Shown here in pieces: positions 16,095 through 23,648 of a stretch of 23,648 bases of DNA. Location of the stretch: assembly GCA_950072225.1 (NCBI GenBank), contig CATMOP010000002.1:1-23648 (forward strand), written 5' to 3'. The stretch is from an uncultured Nitrospina sp. (lineage in GTDB: Bacteria > Nitrospinota > Nitrospinia > Nitrospinales > VA-1). Position 1 is the stretch's first letter, and each line of letters opens with the position of its first letter. The notes beneath the pieces are model-generated. The model worked only from the letters and a program-made list of their open reading frames with translations. It ran no database searches and was not told the DNA's origin. The position numbers were made by a program, and so were the translations under genes.

Positions 16095-18602
16095 ATGTCT
16101 GATAATGAAGTAACATTAACCATTGATGGGAAATCGGTGACGGTTCCCAAAGGCACCAAGGTGGTAGACGCGGCAAAACGGATCGATGTGGAGATCCCTG
16201 TTTTCTGCTATCACGAGAAGATCGGTCCGCTGGGTTGTTGCCGGATGTGCCTGGTAGAAGTCGAGAAGATGCCGAAGCTGATGACCGCCTGCACCATGGA
16301 TGTGGCGCCGGATATGGTGGTCAAAACCACCACTGACAAGGTGGTAAAAGGGCAGAAGGGCGTATTGGAATTTACTTTGCTCAACCATCCCCTCGATTGC
16401 CCGGTTTGTGACAAGGGCGGCGAATGCCCCTTGCAGGACAACACCTTCAAGTATGGTGCTCCGGATACCCGTATGGAGTTCCATCGTGCCAACAACGCCA
16501 AAGCGACTCCGCTCAGTCCGGTCATTACCATTGACCGGGAACGTTGCATTGCCTGTCAGCGGTGCACGGCTTATAGCGAACGGATTGAGCAGGACAGCGC
16601 GTTGGTCATGCTAAACCGCGGTTTCCATAACGAGGTTGGTACATTTAACAACGAACCTTACAACACCCGCTTCTCCGGAAATGTCATCGATATTTGTCCG
16701 GTAGGTGCGTTGACCAATACGGAATTCCGATTTAAGGCCAGGACCTGGGATTTGACCAACACAGAAACGCTTTGTGCGCATTGCGGATGCAACTGCAATA
16801 TCACGATGGGAACCCGGCTCAATGAATTCATGCGTATTGAGGCGCGTCCCAATGATGCGGTGGACGATGGCTGGATTTGCGACAAGGGCCGCTGGGGTCA
16901 TAATTTTATGCATAGCAAAAATAAAATCACCACCGCCCGGGAAAATAGTGTGGGTGACGGAAAGCCTACTTCCTTTCCGGTGTTGCCTCATAACTGCACC
17001 ATCGAGGATGCGGCCGGCAAAGTTGCGCAGGCGTTTAAAAAAATTGCGGAAGAACACGGGCCTGAAAGCGTTGGCTTCATAGGATCTCCCTATGGCACCA
17101 ATGAAGAGAATTATCTCTATCAGAAATTTTTCCGCCACGGCCTGGGTTCAAACAATATAGACCATAAGTCTTATCAGGATACCCCGGGTCTTCCTGTCAG
17201 CCATTATGGGGTCGAGCAGGTTGAAACGTCCAATGTGGTGTTATTGATTGCCAGCGACCCGACGGAAGAACTGCCCATTCTTGATCTTCGCATCAAAAAA
17301 GCGGTGACCGCTTGCGGAACCCGGTTAGTGAGCTTGAACGATCAAAAAATTGCCCTCGACCGCTACTCTTCTCAGTCGTTGCAATACAAGGTGGGCTGTG
17401 AGGCTCAAGCGATCGATACTTTGACCCACGGCCTGGCTCGGGAACTGGGGGAACCGGCTCCGGCTAAGGACGCCGACCAAAGTGGAATTTCTGCGGAAGA
17501 TATGAAGTCTTTGGTCGAGACAGTACGCACCAGCATGAAAATTTGCGTGGTGTACAATCCATCTGCCCTTTCCGGAGAAGCGGTTTTTGGGGTCAAGCGT
17601 CTACTGAAAATGATTGCTAAAGTCCCGACCATGGAATGCGGAGCCATACCTGCGGCTCCGATGACCAATGCGTTGGGGGCAATGGATATGGGGTTGCTTC
17701 CCGATTTTTATCCGGGCGGATTGTCGATGTCGGACCAAGAGGAAATAAAAAAACAATGGGGAGAAAAGGCGCCGACTGGAACCGGCCTTTCCGCATTAGA
17801 GATGATCGCCCGTGCCGAAAAAGGGGAATTGAAAGCCCTGCTGGTGCACCGTTCTAATCCGGTCATGGATTTCCCTGGTGGATTGCGGGTAACGGAAGCT
17901 TTGAAGAAGCTGGATCTTCTGGTGGTGCATGACATGCTGGAAACGGAAACGGCAAAACTGGCGAATCTCGTCCTGCCTTCAAATGGTCCGGGTTATGATG
18001 AAGGGACTACTACCAATATTGGAGGCCGGGTACAGGCCAGAAAAAAAGCGTTGGAAACCACCCAGGCACCGGACTGGAAAATTATCAACCTGATGCTCAA
18101 TGTGCTGGGAGATGAAACCAACTACCGCAGGGTTTCGGATGTGACCGAAGAGATCGCCTGCCGGGTTCCGGGCTATCAGGAGATCAGCAAAAGGTCGGTA
18201 GGCAAAACCGGGTGCAACCGGGAGCCTATATCTTCGGCCGATGAATCGGTTTCTGATAAATCGGTTCAGGCGGGTAAGGGGAAAGACGGAAGCCTCAGGC
18301 TTCGTATTGCCACCTTCCTGTTTGCGCATGACAAAATTCTCGATGCCTCCTCAAAACTGGCACATCACTTCCAGCCTTCCACAGCGCATTTTAATGAGAA
18401 AGACGCTGCCAGGCTTGGTATTCAGGATGGCAACACGGTTCTGCTTTCCGCTGAAAATATTAACCTGGAAGCCATTGCAAGGGTCGACAACCGTTGTCAA
18501 TCTGGAGGTGTGGTGGTGCCCAGGGTTTCAGACGAGCAGGGAGTGAATGGCTTGATCGGTGCTGATGGCGGCACGGCATGGGTGCAAGTAAGGAAAGTTT
18601 AG
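16095..18602 (+). CDS. nuoG: NADH-quinone oxidoreductase subunit G
   Basis: 835-aa ORF with an N-terminal 2Fe-2S region (CYHEKIGPLGCCRMCLVEV), HPLDCPVCDKGGECPLQD, CIACQRCTAY and C..CGCNC, followed by a molybdopterin-oxidoreductase-like fold. Confidence 0.95.
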   Translation: MSDNEVTLTIDGKSVTVPKGTKVVDAAKRIDVEIPVFCYHEKIGPLGCCRMCLVEVEKMPKLMTACTMDVAPDMVVKTTTDKVVKGQKGVLEFTLLNHPLDCPVCDKGGECPLQDNTFKYGAPDTRMEFHRANNAKATPLSPVITIDRERCIACQRCTAYSERIEQDSALVMLNRGFHNEVGTFNNEPYNTRFSGNVIDICPVGALTNTEFRFKARTWDLTNTETLCAHCGCNCNITMGTRLNEFMRIEARPNDAVDDGWICDKGRWGHNFMHSKNKITTARENSVGDGKPTSFPVLPHNCTIEDAAGKVAQAFKKIAEEHGPESVGFIGSPYGTNEENYLYQKFFRHGLGSNNIDHKSYQDTPGLPVSHYGVEQVETSNVVLLIASDPTEELPILDLRIKKAVTACGTRLVSLNDQKIALDRYSSQSLQYKVGCEAQAIDTLTHGLARELGEPAPAKDADQSGISAEDMKSLVETVRTSMKICVVYNPSALSGEAVFGVKRLLKMIAKVPTMECGAIPAAPMTNALGAMDMGLLPDFYPGGLSMSDQEEIKKQWGEKAPTGTGLSALEMIARAEKGELKALLVHRSNPVMDFPGGLRVTEALKKLDLLVVHDMLETETAKLANLVLPSNGPGYDEGTTTNIGGRVQARKKALETTQAPDWKIINLMLNVLGDETNYRRVSDVTEEIACRVPGYQEISKRSVGKTGCNREPISSADESVSDKSVQAGKGKDGSLRLRIATFLFAHDKILDASSKLAHHFQPSTAHFNEKDAARLGIQDGNTVLLSAENINLEAIARVDNRCQSGGVVVPRVSDEQGVNGLIGADGGTAWVQVRKV

Positions 18603-18650
18603 TATTGGATTTTTTGTAGAACGGTAAATGCTTAGTGGAGTGATTGCGGT

Positions 18651-19694
18651 TTGGATGGGATAACTGAAATATTAAATGAAACCTGGAAATTTATAGTTCT
18701 GTTTCTGAATGATAACATTCCCCTGATCGTGGGGAGTGTTAAAGCCGTGGTTATTGCGGTGGCGATTATGTCAGTGGTTCCCCTATTGGTCTGGTTGGAA
18801 CGACGCTTGATGGGCCGGTTTCAGGTTCGCCTGGGGCCGAACCGGGTGGGGCCTTTTGGGCTTGGCCAGCCGCTTGCCGATACGGTGAAGCTGTTGTTCA
18901 AGGAATCTATCGTTCAAAGTTCGGCGGACAAGTTTTTATTTCACCTTGCGCCAGCTATTGTAGTGTTTACGGCGATTGTTGGATTTGCAGTAATCCCTTT
19001 CGGGGCACCTTTCGAGGTTTTCGGCCAGACCATTGAGATGTGGGGAGCCAATGTTAACAGTGGCATTTTATTCGTGTTCGCGATTTCAGGGATGGGCATT
19101 TATGGAATGGTTCTTGCCGGATTGGCATCGAATAACAAATATTCATTGATGGGCGGTCTACGTTCCTCCGCCCAGATGATCAGTTATGAGTTGACGTTGG
19201 GACTTTCGGCGTTGAGCATCATCGTGCTTACCGGTTCCCTGAACCTGGTGGATATGGTCAAGGCCCAGGAAACGATTCCATTTATTCTTGTTCAGCCTTT
19301 GGCTTTTTTGCTGTTTTATATTGCTGGTGTTGCGGAGACCAATCGAGCCCCCTTTGATCTGCCTGAAGCAGAGCAGGAACTGGTAGCCGGTTTTCATACG
19401 GAATATACGGGCATGAAGTTTGCCATGTTCTTCATGGGTGAGTACATCAACATGGTGACCATGAGCGCTTTAGTGACCCTTTTATTTCTTGGCGGGTGGA
19501 ACGCTTATGGCTTGCCTGTTTGGCCGATTGTGGCGTTTGCCCTCAAAGTTGGTTTTCTGTTGTGTGTGTTCATCTGGCTGAGGTCGACGTTTCCCCGTAT
19601 TCGTTACGACCGGTTGATGACGTTTGGCTGGAAAGTTTTATTGCCATTATGTTTATTAAATCTTTTGATCACTGGCATTTGGAAGGTGATCTGA
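18651..19694 (+). CDS. nuoH: NADH-quinone oxidoreductase subunit H
   Basis: 347-aa polytopic membrane ORF with a TTG start and GGAG 10 nt upstream. It has RRLMGRFQVRLGPNRVGPFGLGQPLADTVKL and AETNRAPFDLPEAEQELVAGFHTEY. Confidence 0.95.
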   Translation: MDGITEILNETWKFIVLFLNDNIPLIVGSVKAVVIAVAIMSVVPLLVWLERRLMGRFQVRLGPNRVGPFGLGQPLADTVKLLFKESIVQSSADKFLFHLAPAIVVFTAIVGFAVIPFGAPFEVFGQTIEMWGANVNSGILFVFAISGMGIYGMVLAGLASNNKYSLMGGLRSSAQMISYELTLGLSALSIIVLTGSLNLVDMVKAQETIPFILVQPLAFLLFYIAGVAETNRAPFDLPEAEQELVAGFHTEYTGMKFAMFFMGEYINMVTMSALVTLLFLGGWNAYGLPVWPIVAFALKVGFLLCVFIWLRSTFPRIRYDRLMTFGWKVLLPLCLLNLLITGIWKVI

Positions 19695-19714
19695 TTTCCC
19701 TGAGGGTATGAGCC

Positions 19715-20224
19715 ATGTTGCGAGTAACCATTAATGGGTTAAAAAACCTTTCGATCGGAATGTGGGTCACGTTCCGCAATATGTTAACCAAGCCGGTCAC
19801 TATACAGTATCCCGAGGTCAAGCGAACCATGCCCAAACGTTTTCGGGGAAGGCATTTCCTGAACCGCGATGAGGATGGGCTGGAAAAATGCATAGGATGC
19901 TCTTTGTGTTCGATCAATTGCCCGGTAGGGTGTATTCATGTTGTATCGGCAGAGAATGATCCGGAGAATCCGGTTTCCAAGGGCGAGCGATACGCAGAGG
20001 TTTATGAGATCAACCTCCTGCGTTGTATCTACTGCGGGTATTGTGAGGAGGCCTGTCCGGTAGACGCTGTGGTTCTGCGTGAACATTATGAATTGGCGGA
20101 TTATGACCGCGACACTTATATCATGGAGAAAGAGGATCTTTTGGTTTATCCGGAACCGAACCGGTTCCGTGTCAATATTTTAGGTAATACGGAACGGATT
20201 AGCCCAGCCCAGCGCGACTGCTAG
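19715..20224 (+). CDS. nuoI: NADH-quinone oxidoreductase subunit I (2x 4Fe-4S)
   Basis: 169-aa ORF with CIGCSLCSINCP and CIYCGYCEEACP. Confidence 0.95.
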   Translation: MLRVTINGLKNLSIGMWVTFRNMLTKPVTIQYPEVKRTMPKRFRGRHFLNRDEDGLEKCIGCSLCSINCPVGCIHVVSAENDPENPVSKGERYAEVYEINLLRCIYCGYCEEACPVDAVVLREHYELADYDRDTYIMEKEDLLVYPEPNRFRVNILGNTERISPAQRDC

Positions 20225-20329
20225 CCGCAGAGGGGCTATTGGCAAGAACTTTTAAGGCCCAGATAACTCTTTGTTAGCCAGGGAGAGCTATTGCTAGATT
20301 GCCCCACGCCGAGGGGTTGTTCTTTTTTT
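20225..20329 (-). repeat. Inverted copy of the family-1 mosaic repeat in the nuoI-nuoJ spacer, ending in a hairpin plus T-run
   Basis: GCTATTG (reverse complement of CAATAGC) occurs at 20235-20241 and 20287-20293. GCAAGAAC (reverse complement of GTTCTTGC) is at 20242-20249. GGGGC (20232-20236) can pair with GCCCC (20301-20305), closing a long imperfect hairpin. CCCC (20302-20305), a 7-nt loop and GGGG (20313-20316) are followed by TTGTTC and T7 (20323-20329). Confidence 0.7.
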
Positions 20330-20885
20330 GGGAGTAGGTGTATTGGAAATCGCTACGCTATTTGATTTTGCGCTTGATACGGTAATTTTTGTGGTGGGGG
20401 TGACGGCAGTCCTTGCCAGCCTTGGGGTCATTTTATGTTCCTCACCGATCTATTCCGCCTTGTATCTGATCGGCCACATGATTTGCCTGGCCCTTTTGTT
20501 CCTTCTTTATAACGCAGAGTTTCTTGCGGTTGTCCAGATCATTGTTTATGCCGGAGCGGTGATGATTCTGTTTCTGTTTATTATCGCGCTTCTCGGTGGA
20601 AAAAAAGAAGTTCAGGAAAACACATTTCACCGTGCCATGGCGTTTGGCTTCGTCTTCATCCTGTTGGGAGAGTTGTATTTGTCGGCCACGGTTGGGCCGA
20701 CCCAGCAGATTCGCGGCGAAATTCCAGCTGAATTATTTGGAACTGCCAAAGCCATTGGTCTCGAATTATTTTCGAAACATATCGTGGCGTTTGAGTTGGC
20801 TTCCGGCTTGCTTCTGGTCGCGGCAGTGGGTGTGATTTGTCTGGCAAAATTTTCTTTTGTGCCTTTAAGAAGGCGGGCGAGGTAA
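20328..20885 (+). CDS. nuoJ: NADH-quinone oxidoreductase subunit J
   Basis: Hydrophobic 185-aa ORF in the nuoJ position (LYLIGHMICLALLFLLYNAEFLAVVQIIVYAGAVMILFLFII). The track start is TTG 20328, inside the T-run. An in-frame TTG at 20343 with GGAG (20331-20334) upstream is at least as likely. Confidence 0.85.
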   Translation: MGVGVLEIATLFDFALDTVIFVVGVTAVLASLGVILCSSPIYSALYLIGHMICLALLFLLYNAEFLAVVQIIVYAGAVMILFLFIIALLGGKKEVQENTFHRAMAFGFVFILLGELYLSATVGPTQQIRGEIPAELFGTAKAIGLELFSKHIVAFELASGLLLVAAVGVICLAKFSFVPLRRRAR

Positions 20886-20887
20886 TT

Positions 20888-21187
20888 ATGGGTCAAGAGT
20901 TTGTTTTGCTGGTCAGTGCTTCTATATTCTGCGTGGGTACGGTGGGATTCATCATTCGCAAGAATCCTCTCATCATGTTTATGTCTATCGAGTTGATGCT
21001 CAATTCGGTGAACTTTCTTTTGGTCGCTTACTCCAGTTTCCTCAACTCACTGGATGGCCAGATTTTTGCCCTGTTCATCATAACTGTTGCGGCGGCGGAA
21101 GTGGTGGTGGGGCTGGCTATCATTCTGACTATTTTCCGCACTCGTCATGAAATGGATGTGGACCATATTGATGTATTGAAAGGATAA
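20888..21187 (+). CDS. nuoK: NADH-quinone oxidoreductase subunit K
   Basis: I use the ATG at 20888 (GAGG upstream), giving 99 aa, the usual NuoK size. The track start at 20837 overlaps nuoJ by 49 nt. It has IELMLNSVNFLLVA and AAAEVVVGLAIIL. Confidence 0.9.
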   Translation: MGQEFVLLVSASIFCVGTVGFIIRKNPLIMFMSIELMLNSVNFLLVAYSSFLNSLDGQIFALFIITVAAAEVVVGLAIILTIFRTRHEMDVDHIDVLKG

Positions 21188-21191
21188 TCTT

Positions 21192-23060
21192 TTGTTCGCA
21201 AGTAGCTGGCTCATACTTTTGTTTCCTCTTCTCGGGTTTATCGGCTTGAGTTGGTATGGCAACCGGATCTCCAGGAACCTGGTTGGACTCGTGGGTTGCG
21301 GAACCATAGGTGCGTCCTTTTTTATGACGCTGGTGACGTTGAGCAATCTTTTGTTTTTACCGCCAGAAGAACGGGTGGGGCATGTTCAGACTCTTTACCA
21401 GTGGGTGTCGGCGGGGTCATTCAAGTTGGATGTGGCTATTCTCGTGGATCCGCTTTCGGTGTTCATGTTCCTGATTGTAACCGGTGTCGGATTTGTGATT
21501 CATGTCTACTCGGTTGGCTACATGCATGATGATCCGGAATACTCCCGATTTTTCGCTTATTTAAACTTGTTTATTTTCTCGATGCTGGTGCTGGTTGCGG
21601 CGGCGGACTTCTTTTTCCTGATTGTCGGTTGGGCGCTGGTTGGTCTGGCGTCTTATTTGCTGATTGGGTTCTGGCGGGAAAAAACCAGTGCCGTGCTTGC
21701 CGCCCGCAAAGCCTTTGTCATGAACGTGATCGGCGATGTGGGAATGGTTATTGCCGCATTGGTTATTTTTGAAACGTTTGGAACGCTGAACTTTGCCGAT
21801 GTATTTGCGTCCGCCCCTGGCATGTTCCGTCCTAATGACGATTCCATGCTTTTGATCACCCTTTTATTGCTGGTCGGAGCATTCGCGAAATCCGCGCAAT
21901 TGCCCCTGCACACTTGGTTACCGGACGCGATGGAAGGGCCTACTCCCGTTAGTGCGCTGATTCACGCTGCGACGATGGTTACCGCAGGAGTCTATTTGGT
22001 AGCCCGTTGCCATGTCTTATATGAACTGGCTCCCTATACCATGTATTTTATTGCCGGAGTGGGAATCATCACGGCGATCTTCGCCGGGTCGATGGCAATG
22101 GTTCAATATGATATCAAGCGCGTGATCGCCTATTCCACCATGAGCCAGTTGGGGTATATGTTCCTGGCAATGGGCATTGGCGTTTATAGTCTGGGCATGT
22201 TCCATTTAATGACCCATGCATTTTTCAAGGCACTACTGTTTATGGCGGCGGGAAGCGTGATCCATTCGCTGGACGGCGAACAGGACCTTCGAAAAATGGG
22301 TGGCCTGCAAAGCGTCATGCCGTTGACCCACGCAACTTTTTTAATAGGTGCTCTGGCGTTGGCTGGGATTCCTTTGACCAGCGGTTATTTCAGTAAAGAG
22401 GCGATCATTCTGAGCTCTTACCATGCGGATATGGGGAATATTGTTTTCTGGGCGATTGCGGTATTGACGGCGGGTATGACGGCGGTTTATATCTCCCGGG
22501 GTTATTTGTTCACTTTTTTTGGTAGGCTCCGCAGTCCAGCGGCGCACCCGCATGAATCCCCCATGATTATGATTATACCTTTACTGGTTCTGGCTGTTTT
22601 GGCTCTGCTGGGCGGGGTGTTGGGGCCTTGGGTCGATAGCTTTCTGGCGCCGGTGTTTGGCCATGTTGCCTATCATCCTCATGATAACGCTTTGGAGAGC
22701 ATAGCTCTGGTAGTGGGCATCGGAGGAATCGCGACTGCGGGCTTATTGTATATGGTGAGCAAAGAGCGTCTGGATCTTTTCAAGGAAGCGCTGGCCCCCC
22801 TTTATGACCTCTTGTTCCACAAATATTATGTGGATGAGATTTATGATTATTTGATTGTACGTCCGACAAAAGCCATTGGCGCTTTTTTGGAACAAAAAGC
22901 CGAACGTGAAGGGTTAGATTTTACCGTTGACCAGGTTGGCCTTCAGATAAAAGAGGTGAGCCATGGTATCAGTCTTTGGCAATCGGGAAAAGTGCGTTCT
23001 TATGCTTTGAATATGATTGTCGGTGTGGTGACGATTCTGTTGTTTGTCGTATTCATGTAA
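21192..23060 (+). CDS. nuoL: NADH-quinone oxidoreductase subunit L
   Basis: 622-aa antiporter-like membrane ORF with a TTG start and AAAGGA upstream. It has KSAQLPLHTWLPDAMEGPTPVSALIHAATMVTAGVYL. Confidence 0.95.
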   Translation: MFASSWLILLFPLLGFIGLSWYGNRISRNLVGLVGCGTIGASFFMTLVTLSNLLFLPPEERVGHVQTLYQWVSAGSFKLDVAILVDPLSVFMFLIVTGVGFVIHVYSVGYMHDDPEYSRFFAYLNLFIFSMLVLVAAADFFFLIVGWALVGLASYLLIGFWREKTSAVLAARKAFVMNVIGDVGMVIAALVIFETFGTLNFADVFASAPGMFRPNDDSMLLITLLLLVGAFAKSAQLPLHTWLPDAMEGPTPVSALIHAATMVTAGVYLVARCHVLYELAPYTMYFIAGVGIITAIFAGSMAMVQYDIKRVIAYSTMSQLGYMFLAMGIGVYSLGMFHLMTHAFFKALLFMAAGSVIHSLDGEQDLRKMGGLQSVMPLTHATFLIGALALAGIPLTSGYFSKEAIILSSYHADMGNIVFWAIAVLTAGMTAVYISRGYLFTFFGRLRSPAAHPHESPMIMIIPLLVLAVLALLGGVLGPWVDSFLAPVFGHVAYHPHDNALESIALVVGIGGIATAGLLYMVSKERLDLFKEALAPLYDLLFHKYYVDEIYDYLIVRPTKAIGAFLEQKAEREGLDFTVDQVGLQIKEVSHGISLWQSGKVRSYALNMIVGVVTILLFVVFM

Positions 23061-23072
23061 CCGGAAAAACAT

Positions 23073-23648
23073 ATGCTATCCCTTATAATTTTCATACCCC
23101 TTATTGCGGCACTGGGACTCCTCATGGTCTCCAGAGATAATGTGGCCATGATCAGGATAGTTGGGGTGGGTGCGGCAGGTGCCAGTCTTGCTCTGTCTTT
23201 ATGGTTACTGTTTTCGTTTAATACCTCTAACCCTGATATGCAGTTTGTCCAAACGTTTCACTGGGTGCCTGCCCTGAATATCAATTATCTGGTAGGGGTA
23301 GATGGAATAAGTTTGTGGATGGTTGTGTTGACTGCTTTTCTGGGACTCATCGCCCTTTTGTTTTCCTTTAGCCAGAAGGAAGGGCTCAGGAACTTTGTGG
23401 CCCTGATGCTGGCACTGGAGGCGGGGACGCTTGGGGTGTTTCTGGCCCTCGACACTATTTTGTTTTATGTGTTTTGGGAGCTGATGCTGGTGCCGACTTA
23501 TTTTCTCATCGGTATCTGGGGAGAGGGCCGACGGGTCTATGCCACGATGAAATTCGTGATCTACACCCTGGTGGGAAGTTTGTTGATGCTGGTTGCGATC
23601 CTTTCCCTGACGATGGTGCACTATGGCGCCACCCATGAAGTGACGTTT
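23073..23648 (+). CDS. nuoM: NADH-quinone oxidoreductase subunit M (N-terminal part; runs off window end)
   Basis: Not in the ORF track because there is no stop in the window. My translation from the ATG at 23073 gives MLSLIIFIPLIAALGLLMVS...NYLVGVDGISLWMVVLTAF...FYVFWELMLVPTYFLIGIWG...KFVIYTLVGSLLMLVAIL, typical of NuoM. The 143-aa minus ORF at 23205..23636 is its antisense shadow. Confidence 0.9.
   Translation, partial: MLSLIIFIPLIAALGLLMVSRDNVAMIRIVGVGAAGASLALSLWLLFSFNTSNPDMQFVQTFHWVPALNINYLVGVDGISLWMVVLTAFLGLIALLFSFSQKEGLRNFVALMLALEAGTLGVFLALDTILFYVFWELMLVPTYFLIGIWGEGRRVYATMKFVIYTLVGSLLMLVAILSLTMVHYGATHEVTF

Noticed and set aside
16611-17138. 175-aa minus ORF, and other antisense ORFs inside acs and nuoF/G/H/L/M (including 23205..23636)
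   Set aside because: They lie wholly inside strongly supported genes on the opposite strand and have no recognisable domains.
1-23648. Genomic island, mobile element or defence system
   Set aside because: I found no integrase, transposase, recombinase, phage, restriction-modification, Cas or toxin-antitoxin pair, no flanking tRNA, and no obvious compositional break by eye. The only mobile-like signal is the set of short non-autonomous repeats.

Overview
This window is mostly core metabolism from one bacterial chromosome, and I see no transposase, integrase, phage gene, CRISPR array, tRNA or rRNA. I also see no convincing novel multi-gene system such as a defence island. Lineage cannot be assigned without a database search.

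Gene order:
- A partial FGE/SUMF1-family lipoprotein (-), divergent from a 780-aa TPR protein (+).
- Acetyl-CoA synthetase (-) and a DUF1566-like protein (-).
- An orphan degenerate HEPN/HI0074-like protein (+).
- A NapF-like poly-ferredoxin with a long acidic N-terminal extension (+).
- aspS (+), a LarE-family PP-loop enzyme (+) and a 77-aa two-TM protein (+).
- A four-gene minus-strand block: P-II-like, yggS, proC and a cupredoxin.
- A respiratory complex I cluster, nuoE to nuoM (+, nuoM truncated by the window end). It starts at nuoE, with no nuoA-D upstream.

Features the genes do not explain:
1. A mosaic family of short hairpin-containing intergenic repeats sits at five or more loci. It inflates several ORF ends.
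2. Two perfect segments (21 nt and 41 nt) form inverted repeats that exactly bracket the only minus-strand block in the right two thirds of the window. This suggests an inversion.
3. One copy of the repeat, with a hairpin and T-run, is inserted inside the otherwise tightly packed nuo operon.
4. There are two candidate structured small RNAs. One lies at 3.5 kb (near-consensus orphan promoter plus hairpins). The other lies at 10.2 kb (14-bp hairpin plus a textbook intrinsic terminator).
5. The P-II-like protein has a non-canonical T-loop and heads the yggS-proC operon.

All product calls rest on motifs I recognised by eye. None was confirmed by a search.
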